Source: Flaccisagitta enflata (lineage: Eukaryota). From it: 64,000 nt of DNA. This document shows positions 17,031 through 29,829 of the stretch, piece by piece. Location of the stretch: assembly GCA_965153355.1 (NCBI GenBank), contig OZ231126.1:39990001-40054000 (forward strand). Reading direction: 5' to 3'. A program made the translations under genes and the position numbers. Position 1 is the stretch's first letter. Each line of letters opens with the position of its first letter. The notes beneath the pieces were generated by a model. It was given only the letters and a program-made list of their open reading frames with translations. It ran no database searches and was not told where the DNA came from.

Positions 17031-17087
17031 TTTAAAACTCGACTCCTCTCGGACTTTTCTTTCGACATCCCGGGGCATATCGTGTCA

Positions 17088-20000
17088 ATGGCGGCTTTCA
17101 ACGACGACGATAACTGTTCGACTGCATCTGTGTCGTCTCGGGTGTCCTTTTTGGGCAGCGGCCCCAAAGGGCCGATGTCCTGTAGAACACAGGGGGGAAT
17201 TTCCATGCGTCCGTCCGTCCGTCCGTCCTTCCGTCCGTCCCCCCCCCTGTTGGCCATCAAGGCCTCAAATTTGCCCTCCCAGCCCTAAATTTAGCCCTCC
17301 AGGCCTCAAATCAGCCTTCTAGGCTTCAAATCAGCCCCCCCCGCCTCAAATCTGACCTACAGACCTCAGATCTGCCCTCCAGACCTTCAACTAGGCCTCC
17401 AAGCATCAAATTTGCCCTCCAAACCTCAAATCCACTCTCAAAGCCTCAATTCTGCCCTCCAGCCTTCAAATATGCCTTCTTTGGCCTGAATCAGTCATCT
17501 ATTGCCAGAAATGTGCCTCCTCAGGACGTATGGAAATTCCCCCCTGTGTTCTACAGGACATCGGCCCTTTGGGGCCGCTGCCCTGCTCTCACTCCACTTC
17601 TTCACTGGATCACTCCCAGCAGGGCATCGGGTACCGCTGACCATGTGCGATCCTTGGATGACTAGTTTGGGTTGAACCAATGCCCAAGAACTGAAAAACT
17701 TCGCGTCATGAAGGGCGAATTGTCACAGGAAATGGATCGGTGTCGTCAACTCTTCGACGCCGTTTTGGCGACGACGGAAGGTTCCAACGATTATGAAGAT
17801 GCGTCGCTGGACTCAGATAGCGCCAGAAACGGTCTACGCGACTGCGTCTATGATTACATCGCTTTCGCTCGTCAAATGGCGATCGACGAGATGCCCGGCG
17901 ACCCTCTGCGTTACGCGGCGTCGAGGTTGCGTCGAATCAGACGTGAATGGGACGCCATGAGATTCTTTGACCGAGAAACGTACAACGAGGGATTTCCGGC
18001 GCATGCTGACGTCATCAATGCGCGTGAAGGCTACTTCGGCCAACGAAAGAGGAACGTACATCAGTTTTTGTGGAATAGTATACCGACTGAATCGGCTCGC
18101 GACGGCGCGGGCGCTCCTCCCTCGCGGATGAGAACGTCTTTGCCACTTTCGGAATCGTCAGAGTATTTGGGCTTGCCGACGGCGCGCCATGGCGCCCAAT
18201 CTCCCAACGGTCATATGCTCCCTCCGAGAAACGCAAACGAATACGTCGAGAGATATATTTCGGAAATTGAACCCGTCAATCCAGGCGGGCAAACGCAACG
18301 AGATGTGGATCTGGAAGATCTCGACGAAGCGGCGACGTTGGCGGACACAAAACCAGCCGACGGTTTGACGCCGAGGGAAAGATCAAGGCGTCGCGAGGCC
18401 GACAGGAGCAGAGAGAGAGAAAGAGCAGGAAGGATGCTGCAAGAGCAGATAAAACGAGATGAAGCTCTTCAGGCTAATCTGCGAGAGCAACAGCGAAGAT
18501 TGGAGCAGCAGCAGCAGCAACAGCAGCAACAACGCGAAGAGCAGGAGCAGCAGCAGCGGCAGCGGCAGCAACAACTTCAGCAGCAGCAGGAAGCAGAGCA
18601 GCAACGGCTGCAGCAGGAGCAGCAAAGAAAAGACGCTGAAGAACAACAAAGGCTTCAACAAGAGCAGCTGAGGCAACAACAGGCGGCTGCAGAGCAACAG
18701 CGACAACAACAGCAGCTGCGAGAACAACAACAACAGCAAGAACAGTTGCGCCAACATCAACTGCAGCAGGAGCAACTGCGTCAACAACAGCTCCAACAGG
18801 AACAACTTCGGCAGCAACAACAGCAACAGCAGCAGCAACAACAGCAGTAGCAGCAGCAACAGCAGCAGCAAGAGCAGCAACGCCAACAACAGTTGCAACA
18901 GCAGCAACAACAGCAGGATCAATTGCGTCAGCAACAGTTGCAACAGCATCAACAACAGCAAGCACAGTTGCATCAGCAACAGCAGCAACAAGAACAGCAA
19001 CAAAATCGACAGCAGTTGCAACAAGTTAGAATTGAGATGCAGCAAGTGCAAAAGGAACAAGAAAGGTTGCAGCAACAGATCCAAGAACAAGAACAAAGGC
19101 GGCAGCAACAAGCCGCCGAACAACAAAGAAAGCAGCAAGAAGCCCAGTTGCAGCAACAGGAGGAGGAGAAGCAGCAGCGGCTGCAACAGCAAGCAGGTCT
19201 TCAGCGGCAGCAGCAGGTTCACCAACACCAGTTGCAGCAACAAAATGTTGCCTTCAGCGTAGCTACAGTCGTCCATCCTCCTGTTTTGAATCCTCTCTCT
19301 GTCGGTAGCAAAACTTCTTCGGAAGCTGAAAATCTTCGTCAACAGCAGTTAGCGGAGCAAAGGATCCGCATGTTGGAAGGAGGTGATAAAGATGCTTCAG
19401 CAACAACGATGGTTACGGCGACAGATACATCAGAAATGATAGTCGCAGTGCCAATAAAATGTCAGCAGAGCAACAAGTCACCAGAAAAAGAACAGCAGTA
19501 CAAGCAAATGTGTCTGCGCTTCAATCAGTTGAAGGAAGAGGAGGAGGCAAGAGCGAGTCATTTCAAAAGTGTCTCTGCCGAGCAATTTAAGGGTGTGATC
19601 AATGTAGGTGATGCAGTGAAGCAGCAGAATATGGTGCCGGTGCATCCGCCCCAGGCGTCGAGGAAGCAGCCACAGCTAATCCCTACGCCGCGTCGACATC
19701 CTCAAATAGCATCCAATCCTCAACATCAACATCCAACTCAAACTCATGTTAAGCAGCAAGCATCAAGTATGGGAGCGGGAGAAGGAAAGAGAGAAGAAGG
19801 AAAGATCAACTCTAAACCTCAGCCTCAATCCTTTCCTCTTCATCAACAACCTCCGTCTGCCGTCATTCCTCCATCAGCGCCGGAAGTTATCTTCGAAAGA
19901 GAAGTTGCAGCCACGGCGCCAAACCCTTCGTCGACGGCGGCGGACATGTTGAAGCTTGATCAACTGTTGATAGACGACGCAAATGGCGTGAGGAGTAGGA

Positions 20001-21607
20001 AGAAGGAGCAGGAAGCAGCTGACGAGGTGTTTGCGCGACAGATGCAAGAGGAGGAGAAAAGAAAGTCCCAAACGCCAGCGGCAGCTTCAGCCAAACGTCT
20101 TCCCGAAGTAGACCGTCAGATGGATCGTCTTAAGAAGGATGCTGCAGATCTTAAACAAGCAAATGCAGCACAACAACGCCTTCTTCAACAAAATCAATTT
20201 GATCTGCACGCAGCGAAAGCTCAAATAGCAGAATTGCAGAAGCATCAATACATCTGTCAAGACTTTGATGCGCCAAAATTCCATCAGCATCAGCAGCAGC
20301 AACATCAGCAACAGCAGCAACAGCAAGATGACAATGTGTGGTACACTAAAACCACAAAGAAACAATCTCCAGTGAAAGTGGGAGGTCAATATGTCTCCAT
20401 CAATCCTCCTCCCACATATCAAGAGCACCACAATCATCCAACTGCCCGTCAACCGGAAGTGGTGCAGCATTTTCCTCAAAGTGAGGCACTGGAAGTGTTT
20501 CTAAAGAGAGCTTCTGACGACAATCGAATGCGGGCAAGAGAGATCGGCTTGAAGGCGATGGAGAAAGCAAGACCTGAGAAGCCGCTTCAGGAGCTCTCGT
20601 CGACGGATTATATGATGTGGAAAAACAAATTTAAAGATTCTGCGAAACATGAGGGTTTGACCGAGATGGACATTTTGCAAGAACTGCCAAAATGGTTTTC
20701 TGGGCCGGCGAAAGAGATAGTTGAGACGGCGGCGATTGGAACGACGGAAGCGGTCGCAGAGGAGGAGGTGAATGTCGCCTTCAGAAAGATGGACATCATC
20801 TTCATGGCTTCACGCGCCAACATCCCAGCGCTGTTCCACGAGATTGCCGCTGAATCGAGGATTTCATCTGCCGACCATAAGAGGCATTTCCATCTTGCGT
20901 CGAGACTGCAAAAGACGAAGAGAATTGCGCAGACATGTGGAGAACTGCCACAGTGTTACAGGAAAGAAATATTGCAGGAAATTATCAATAAAAGAGTGCC
21001 ACATTTGGCGGACAAGTTTTGGGAAAAACAGCATGAATTTGAATTGCAAGGCATCCCGTTCTCATTTGACAATTTGGTCAACATGATTGAAACTTGGGCT
21101 GTCATTCAACGCAATAAAGGGGTGGAGAGTAAGCCCGCGGCGGTGGCAGCGGTGGCAACGGGCGAAAATCCACCAACTTACAACGATGTTTTGACCAACG
21201 GGAAGCAAAAGATGCAGTCGACCGACAAATGCAACGTCTGCAGCGGAATGCATCCGACGGAAGAGTGCAACCAACTCCTTTCACTCGACGTCGACGCACA
21301 TGTTCAAAAGTTGGCATCATGCCGACTCTGCTTCCATTGTTTCACCAGTGGTCACTCAGCAAAGGGTTGCACCAACAGACCAACCTTTCAAACCTGCAAG
21401 AAACAACACGCCACCATTCTCCACGGACGCACATGGGTGAAGAAGGGTGATGGTAAGGAGGTGAAAAAAGGAGGAGAAAAGACCAATAATGGCATTCCAT
21501 TCGCCAACTTCGACAAATCCTCCAACACTTCCACCACTCCAGCTTCAGCACCTTCAACAACGACCACTACAGAATCCAATATCATCACTCCTCTCGTCGG
21601 GGCGTGA
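17088..21607 (+). pseudogene. gag: Bel/Pao gag with long polyQ N-terminal region; interrupted by a HINE (17151-17668) and a TAG at 18848-18850
   Basis: ATG 17088 (MAAFNDDD...VSF) joins in frame to GLNQCP at 17669 when the HINE is removed. ORFs 17672 and 18893 share a frame. C-terminal triple Zn knuckle: CNVCSGMHPTEEC, CFHCFTSGHSAKGC, xQTCKKQHATILH. Confidence 0.88.
17151..17668 (+). mobile_element. Complete family-A HINE inserted in a T-run in gag
   Basis: TTGGGCAGCGGCCCC start, inverted GGGGCCGCTGCCC, (GTCC)n, ~21-bp minisatellite, 3' hairpin, T-run ends; no TSD; removal restores the gag frame. Confidence 0.85.
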
Positions 21608-24600
21608 CTGGCAACGACGGCCACGTTGTGATCCGTGTCATCTTTCGACGACGTCGTCCGTCCCATCGTCCCTGTAGTGATTGTAAATTGTGTGTCTGGA
21701 GAAGAAATGACAATTTTCGCGATGATAGATAGTGGTGCGGACCGAGATGTCATCAGCCACGACGTCATCAAACATCTGCGCATTTCAACAAATATGGTTC
21801 AAATGAAAGTAGTGACAGTTGACAATTGTGTGACTGAAAACCGTCTCTTAGCGTCATTCACTCTTCGCTCCACCAACTCCGAATACATTATTGATGGGAT
21901 TTACTAACGAGTGAAAAAGATATTCCTCCATTTCTACGCAATCTCTCCGACCAACCCCACGTCAGAGGCATAAGATTCCCGGAAGCGACGGGAGGCGTCA
22001 AAATGATCGTTGGCGCCACTCATTCGGACGCAGCCATCGCTCAAGAGCTTCGTCGAGGTCCTCCAGGCTCTTTAACATGCTTCAGATGCAGTTTCGGTTG
22101 GACGATTAGTGGAAAAACTGGGAAAAAAGGTTTAGACGTCGCATCAATTAATGCTATTTCGGTTGATAATAGTGACTCACACGAAAGTATCGACCGAATT
22201 TTCTACCATGATTTTGGATCTGTCGTTTCCTCTGAAGAAATGGGCGATTCTATTGAAAACATACGCGCCTGTGAAACGCTGAAGAAAAAGATCTATTTCT
22301 GCAATGTGACAAAAAAGTATTTTGCGCCTGTGACATGGAAATTCGAATTTGAGAAGATCATGGAGATATTGCGCAAAGTGAAGTCCCGGCCTACAGCCAT
22401 GAAGCGGCTCGTCAACCAGCGCTTCCGCTTCAACCGCGACCCGGCCTTCAAGGAGCGTGTCTTTAAAGAAGTCGAAAAGTTCTATGAAACAGGCGTGGCG
22501 GTTGAGATTGACAGCATTGACGACGACGAGGACATCATTAAACCACGCTGGTACCTTCCGCTCCACATAGTGGAGCTGAGGGGTAAAACCAGAGTATGTC
22601 ACGATGCAAGGGCCGCCACCGACGGAATATGCCTAAATGATCTGTTGGTAGGTGGCCAAACTTGATGAACAGTTTAATGGACATCCTCATGCCCTTTTGA
22701 CAGTGGAAGATCGCCTTTATGTGTGATATAAAGGCGTTCTTCCACCAAATAAGAGTCCACCCTGATGATGCTGATCTCTTCAGTTTTCTCTGGTTCAAGG
22801 ATAGAAGCCACTAGACCATATTACCCTTCCAACGTCTACGATTTTATCCGTCATGGTTTTTACGTCGACGACGGAAGTGGAGGTGGTGATACAGTCGACG
22901 AGGCGTTGGAGTTGAAAGTAGGAGTGAAGTCGGCAATGGGTGATGGAGGATTCCATTTGGTAAAGTGGAAAAGCAACGCGCATCAGCTCATGGAAGGAGA
23001 TCCTAACGTCGCCATTCCCATTGCAGATAAGCAAGACCACGACAACAAGCCGACGAAAGTGTTGGGAGTCTTGTGGCTTCCGGCTGAAGACGCGTTTGTC
23101 TTCATCTGCGACAACGAGTTTAAAACAATGAGGGCGAAAACTCCACGTCAACTGGTCTCCATGCAAGCCAAACTGTACAATCCGCTCGGCTTTTGGAGCC
23201 CAAGTCAATATATTGGACGGCGCCATCTTCAACTGTGTCGTCCACAACCGACAGGATGGGATTCTGCACTTGACGAGACACTGGAGGAATCTTTTTTCAA
23301 ATATACTTCCTCTTGGCCTCTTCTCTCACAATACCGGGTCAAGAGGTGGTGGAACGGCGACACCGACAACATCAACGTCGTTTCCGTCACCATCGAGATT
23401 TTCTGCGATGCGGCGCCAAAAGGTGGATTTGGTGCTGTCGCATATCGTCGTCAAGTTAACACCGACGGCTCGATCTACGTGACAATATTGGGATCAAAGT
23501 CTCACATGGTTCCTCTCAATCCAAAAAGAGCATCTCATCACAACAGTTTACCTTGCGTGGAGATCGTCTCTGCTGAAAAGGCGATTCAGCTCAAGCGGTT
23601 CGTCAACAAGACTCTGAAGCTGCAGGAGAAAAACATCAGACTGTGGTCAGATTCAGAGGCCGCTTTGAAGATGATATACAACCCATCACGCCCAAGACCT
23701 GTCTTCTTCGCCAATCGTCTCTCAAAGATCCACGCAGGATCAAGTCCAGAGCAATGGCGGTGGGTGGATTCCGCCAATAACCCCGCCGACCATTGCTCTC
23801 GTGGAATCGAATCACATGAGGCGGAGAAGTGGAGTCAATTCCACAACGGCCCGGACTTTTTGCGTCTCCCTGAGGATCAATGGCCGCAGACAAACATCGC
23901 GACATGCCCTGTCTCTGTCCACGTGGCGGCGCTCTACGCTGCTGTCGGGGATAAGAGTGAAGAATTTGACGCGGTGCTGCATGCAGCCGCATCTCGGGGG
24001 AAATGGACGCACAAACTCCGCGTCATCGCCATGCTCTTCATTGCAATCCAGCGGTGGCGATTATTTCCAAAGGTTGAAGACTAGAGCGGCAAAGGATCTC
24101 CTCCCCAAACCGGAAGTGACGCAAGTCCATCTGGAGGAAGCGCAGAAGCGGCTCGTCAAGGCTGTGCAGCGGCAAAATTATGGAGAGGTGATAGCCCAAT
24201 TGGAGGCGGGAAAAATCAACAAACCAAACAGTCGTCATGAATTCATCGTCAAGAACAAAAAAATGCGGATGCTCAATCCTTTCGTCAACGATGACGGCAT
24301 CCTTCGAGTCGGCAGTCGATTGGTAAATGCCGACATTTCAAACAACATCAAATTTCCCTTCATTCTTCCACCAAAAGACAATAATGTGAAGTCATTAATT
24401 CGCCATGTTCATCATAATGACTTCCACGCTGGTGCAAAGCGCACATTATGCCAACTGCGTCAATTTGCGTGGATTACTAGAGGTCTTCAGGCCGTCAAGA
24501 GCGTCGTTCATTCGTGCTTTAGATGCCAGAGGAACTTTAAAAAGCATGCGAATCAGCAGATGGCGCCATTACCATCCAATCGAGTCAATCCTGCCCCTGT

Positions 24601-25507
24601 GTTTGCGGAAACAGGGTTGGATGTAATGGGACATTTCAGTGTTAAAATGAATGGCAGAGCAGACCATAAGGTGTGGGTGGCAGTCTTCACTTGCTTTGTC
24701 TCCCGCGCCGTCCACGTGGAATTGCTCTACAACATGTCCGCGGACTCAATGATCAATGCCATCATACGCTTTGCAGCCAGGCGCCCGGGTATTAGACGAT
24801 TCACATCTGATCGAGGAACTAACCTGGTAGGCGCCAACAACATCCTCAAGAAGGAAATGGAAGAGTGGAATCGCTCGTCAACTCTTGAATTGCAACGACG
24901 AGGCCTCCAATGGGATTTCATCACCGCCCGAACGCCGCATTATGGTGGTGTTTGGGAAAGAGTAGTGGCGCTTTTTAAGCGTCATCTCGCATCCATATCT
25001 ACTGGCGCCACGTTGCACGTCGACACCTTCCACACTGCCGTCATTGAAGTGGAAGGTATTCTCAACCGCCGCCCTCTTACAGCGCTGAGTGATGATCCAA
25101 GTGATCCATCGGCGCTGACGCCAAATCACATCCTATCGCCATCCACTTCCGGAAGCGCTCCTGTGGATCTGTTGCAGCACGGCGTCAACTTCGACGCGGA
25201 GTCCACACGTGTCCAATGGAAGCGCGCCCAATCTCGAGTGGATGCTTTTTGGAAGAAATGGCGTTCTGAATACTTGAGCCTTCTTCATGCGCGAAGCAAA
25301 TGGACAAAATCCGAGAAAGACTTGGCGGTTGATGATCTCGTAGTCATCGTCGACGAGGCTGTTCCCAGACACGATTGGAGCCTAGGGAGGGTCGTCGACG
25401 TGGAAGGCACATCGCCCCATGTCCGGCGGGCGCATGTGCGACGCGCTGACGGAAGAATTGTCACGAGGGATCGCACGAAGATCGTGCGGCTGGAGATGGA
25501 CTCATAA
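21608..25507 (+). pseudogene. pol: Bel/Pao pol (aspartic protease, RT, RNase H, integrase) with frameshifts, stops and an internal RT deletion
   Basis: Protease AMIDSGAD. RT: WYLPLH...RVCHDA...LNDLL, DIKAFFHQI, FYVDD. RNase H: FCDA, LWSDS, WRWVDSANNPADHCSRG, GPDFL. Integrase: HH..H...CFRC, GLDVMG, FTSDRGTNLVG, PHYGGVWERVV, C-terminal FWKKWRSEYL. Frameshifts near 21895, 22658, 22803 and 24070. Confidence 0.95.
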
Positions 25508-25869
25508 AAAACGCTAAGTTTTGAGAGAGAGAGATTTTAGGCGCATGGGCCTGTCTATTAGTAACTATAGATGTGAATGATTGTTGCTCTGTTCGTTCAT
25601 AATTGACATAAAGAGATGTACGTCTTCATATTTGGTTCTATTCATCCATGCATTCAACTCTTTCCTCATATTGGCACATTTGTGATGTTCATTTTCAGAC
25701 AAATTAAAAACATTGGTTCACTGCTTTGTATATATGTAGATATCATGCTATTTCCTATGCTTTTGTCCAAACACAGTTCATTCTTCTTACGCAATTTTCA
25801 AAGCTTCCGCTGACGTCGAACTCCATCTTCACGTCAGTTTGCATCTTGAAGTTGATTTTCGGAGTCAAG

Positions 25870-27580
25870 ATGCCATCGCGCGCGCAGCGTCTTCAGGCCG
25901 AAATGGATTCGTCGATGGCGGGTGGATCATTTGATCTCAATCGTCTGATGGCGTCTCCAGAGCGGGATGAAGACTTCGAGACGGATTCCGTCGCGTCGCT
26001 GGAGGATGTGGTGGAGGCGGCGACGAAAGCTGCCTTCAGCGGTGACCTCAACCTCTCCAAGGATGATGAGTCGGCAAAACTCCAACAGCCGGCCGACCCC
26101 GCTTCTTCTTCCGCTCTCCCTCCCCTCGTCATCGCCATCTCGGGAGGAAGTAACCGTAGAGTGAAGTTGAAGCAGCCTGTCGACAATGTCTCCATCGCCA
26201 ATTCGTCGTCGGGAACATCTGCCCTTCCAGACGCTTCCAATCTCATATTCACTCCTGACTTTGGTCGACCGGCTCCACTGGAGGCGAGAGCCCTTCTTCA
26301 GGAGCGTTTAAAAGCTGCAGACCATCGCAGTGGAAGGAAAGATCAAGACTCTCAGGTCAATGAGGAGGAGGCGGCAGAAGAGGAGGAGGGGATGGATGTG
26401 GTGGTGGTGGTAGAGGAAAAGGAGGAGGCGCCCATTGACCCGGAAGTGGATAAAGACTCTCCCGAGGTTAGAATCCAGCGGAAGCAAGCACGCTGGTTTT
26501 TCCATCGCAACAACCCCGCGGATGAGTCAGAGTCGTTGGTCTTTAAGGCCTTCTCCAAACTCAATTTGTGCTGCAACTCGAAGAAGCAAATGCGATTGTC
26601 GGCTACACAGTGTGGGTTAGGGTTTGAAACCCTAGATCGCAGACAAGGAAGGTAAAAGAAAAAGAGGGAGAATTTCAAGGAGGCTTGACGTGTCGTCCAA
26701 GCGTCGAGGAAGAATTTGACGACAAACACATCTTCTGCTGCAGCCGCAAACCCACCGGCGACATCTTCCACCATCGCAGCAGCAGATTGTCAAACGCGTC
26801 CGGCATTGGTTCATCCCCCAAATCAGCAGCGGCCGGATCCTCGTGACGAAACTCCCAACCCAAAAAGGCGTCGACAAGAGAAGAGGGCGCCGGCACTCGG
26901 TCCGGCGCAACTTCAACAGCAGCAGCAGCAACAACAGCAGCCGAAGCAGCAGCAACAACATCAACAGCAGCAACGGCAACAACAACAGCAGCAGCTGCAG
27001 CAACAACCTCAGCTTCAAGCCACGGCCAATTCCAAAAGCAAAGGCAAAGGCAAAAACAATAACAATAACAACATCAAAAAGAAGCAACAACTTCCTCCTC
27101 AGCAGCAGGAGGTTCCCAGCGCAGCGGCAACAGCTTCAGGTAGCGGGGGAGCAACTGTGTCTTCAACGGCGCCTGCGTCGAAGAAGGCAAAGGAGCTTAA
27201 ACAGCGGCCGGAAGCAGCAGCAGCGCAAGGGAAAGCAAAAGGCGACGTTCAGCCTCCAGCGGGCGCAAGTGGTTCTGCGGCGCCTAAACAGCAAGCTAAA
27301 GGACCATCAGCGCATCAGCAACAGGAGTTGGAGTCGCCAAACTCTTCGTCGACGGTTCTTGACACCGAGACTGGACATCGCATCAGCGAGCATCTGCTAC
27401 GCCTATGTGCGGCAACTCGGAGTAATGCCTCTAAACGCCAGTTGTCTAGACTTGCATCGTTCCTTCCGCCGACTAGAGTTTACCTATACGCTTTTTTATC
27501 CGCCACCTCTACCGGAAGTGGCAGATGAGACGCAAAAACGTATTTGGCACCAAAATGAGTTTCCCATTGGCGTTTTTCAG
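25870..27580 (+). pseudogene. Accessory ORF of the LTR element, predicted exon 1 (acidic/low-complexity, basic stretch, polyQ, then globular-looking end); unknown function
   Basis: ATG 25870 (MPSRAQRL). ORFs 25726 and 26716 are in the same frame, separated by TAA/TGA codons that are plausibly C-to-T changes. A 1-nt shift near 27333 gives RQTLRRRFLTPRLDIASASICYAYVRQLG...NEFPIGVFQ, ending at CAG|GT where coding-like composition drops abruptly to AT-rich. Confidence 0.65.
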
Positions 27581-28206
27581 GTTTTTCACTTGGCTATGAA
27601 GGAGTAGTAAGATTTAGGGAATTCATAGTGGATTTTCTGTGATCATTTTCAAAATTTTATAAAAATTTCCAGAACTTTTTTGCTAGCATCAAAAGATTAT
27701 TTTCATTTTTTACTTTTTTTTTATCAGTTTTCATATTTTTCATGTCATGATTCACTTTTCATTTTTTACTTTTCACTTTTTAATTTTCACTTTTCATTTT
27801 TTATTTTTCACTTTTCACTTTTCATTTGTTTTTTTTTTCCTTTTTATTTTTCACTTTTCACTTTTCATTTGTTTTTTTTTTTTCATTTTTTATTATTTTC
27901 ATTTCTACATTTCATTCATTACCTTTTATCAATTTTTTTCTTTTCAATGTACCATACTTTTAATAATTATGTTGTCACTTTTTTTTTCTTTTTCATCTAC
28001 ATCTAATATTTTCTACTCATAATTTTTCACTCAAATCTTTGTGATTATTTCATTAATCATATTTCATGGTTATATATATTTCACCAGTTGATTTGTTTTG
28101 ATAAAGCAGAAAATAAAGTAAAACAAATGATTGATGATTCTCCATCATGCTTATATCAAGATTGTATCATCCCAAAAGAAATGCTGAAATGAGTCTGCTT
28201 GTGAGT

Positions 28207-28320
<114 letters not shown>

Positions 28321-28430
28321 TTTGCACCTGCGATAATGCCATTTCCGATTTTTGTGGACCATATGTTTTGGTTAGATCGATTCTCTGGTTACATGAAGGG
28401 ACGACGGAATAGCTCTCTATATTTCTCTCT

Positions 28431-28490
<60 letters not shown>

Positions 28491-28607
28491 CTCTCTCTCT
28501 CTCTCTGGACAACAAAGCAAGAATATCAAAGGACCCATAGACAAGAAATCATATTTTCATGAATTGTCCTTTATTCTGTTCAAGTCTCAGATCTTGTTCT
28601 GGGTCTG

Positions 28608-28670
<63 letters not shown>

Positions 28671-29003
28671 CAAAATGGAGATATCACGGTGATGCCCATG
28701 CTCTTGATAATCCTAATCCATAACTAGAAAATAGTAACAAAATTTCTATTTTCTTTTATAGTACTGTAGAAAAGCAAATGAGAACATTTAAATGAAAAAA
28801 CATCACCATGTTTTGCTCAAGTATTTTCCTAAAGAGTCAACAAAGCATCGCAGGCACTGGGAAACTCATTTCATCTTAAAGATAGTAGTAATTGTAATAC
28901 TACTAAAAAAAACGTTTAAAAGCGTTTTTTAGGCTAAAAACTCCACTTATACGCAACCTACTATGCATATAATCTCAATTATACTTCCGTTATATGCCAC
29001 TAG

Positions 29004-29725
29004 ATGATTTTGTTTGAAACTCCAAACTCTACCGCCGACATATTACAAATCATTCAGCAACGCCCAGCGGGTTGAATGTGCTCATCAGCTTTGGGACATG
29101 GCGGAAAAGTCTCGAGTTGAAACCAACATCGCGGACTCGAGAAGAAAGGCGATGATTGCGCTAGATGTGAAGGTCAAGAGCGATATGCGAGTGACGGAAC
29201 TGGAGAAACAGTTGGAGAAGGCTAAGCAAGTTGCGGATGCAAAGGCAAAGGAGGCAGCGGGATCTCAGCAGTTGGCGTCGGCGGCAGCATCTGTTAAACA
29301 CGTCCTCTGCGTGCAACAAGATCCTCGCGCCATTCTAGCTCCTGTGACTGCGACAGCGTCGTCATCTCCAGCAGCATCTGCAGAAAATGGAAGTCGGCCT
29401 TCCGTCTTGACGACTGCACAAAGCGCTAAAGACGCTCCCAAGGCAACGCCAAAGAAAAAGAGGCGTCCTTGGAATACAGGCCGCCAGCCGCAGCAGCAGC
29501 AACATCATCAGCAGCCGCCGCAGTAAGGCTGTAATTCGGTGCCACGTCCACAGTTACCATCCATCTAACTACCGTCAAGTAACGCGACGTGGAGAGCGCC
29601 ATCTCGCTGAGTCGTCGTATATTCCATCGCGACGCTCATCCCTCGATGGACAGGCCGGCATTGTCGGGGGCGCTACCCGGGGCGTGGGATTCTTATCCGC
29701 CCTGGGGCCTGGCGAAAACGCCCGC
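29004..29725 (+). pseudogene. Accessory gene, predicted exon 2 (coiled-coil-like segment, PKKKRR basic motif, Q-rich end)
   Basis: CACTAG| acceptor at 29002-29003 marks the return to GC-rich coding-like sequence; 170-aa ORF 29014-29526 (…MRVTELEKQLEKAKQVADAKAKE…); strong GTAAGT donor at 29726. Confidence 0.55.
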
Positions 29726-29829
29726 GTAAGTTTCATGGAAGAGATGGTGTGTGAATTTGTCTTATTATTATGTTTGAATCTGCATATGGTAAGAACTTTA
29801 CTAATCCATCTGCCCTTTTTTCCCCTTTT

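Noticed and set aside
17151-17668. Family-A repeats as tRNA-derived SINEs
   Set aside because: No A/B boxes or poly(A) tail; subterminal inverted repeats, (GTCC)n, a 3' hairpin and TSD-free T-run insertion fit DINE-1/HINE elements better.
18383-19342. Poly-Leu and poly-Ala ORFs on the minus strand (also 26632-27090)
   Set aside because: Antisense shadows of the CAG/CAA polyQ tracts.
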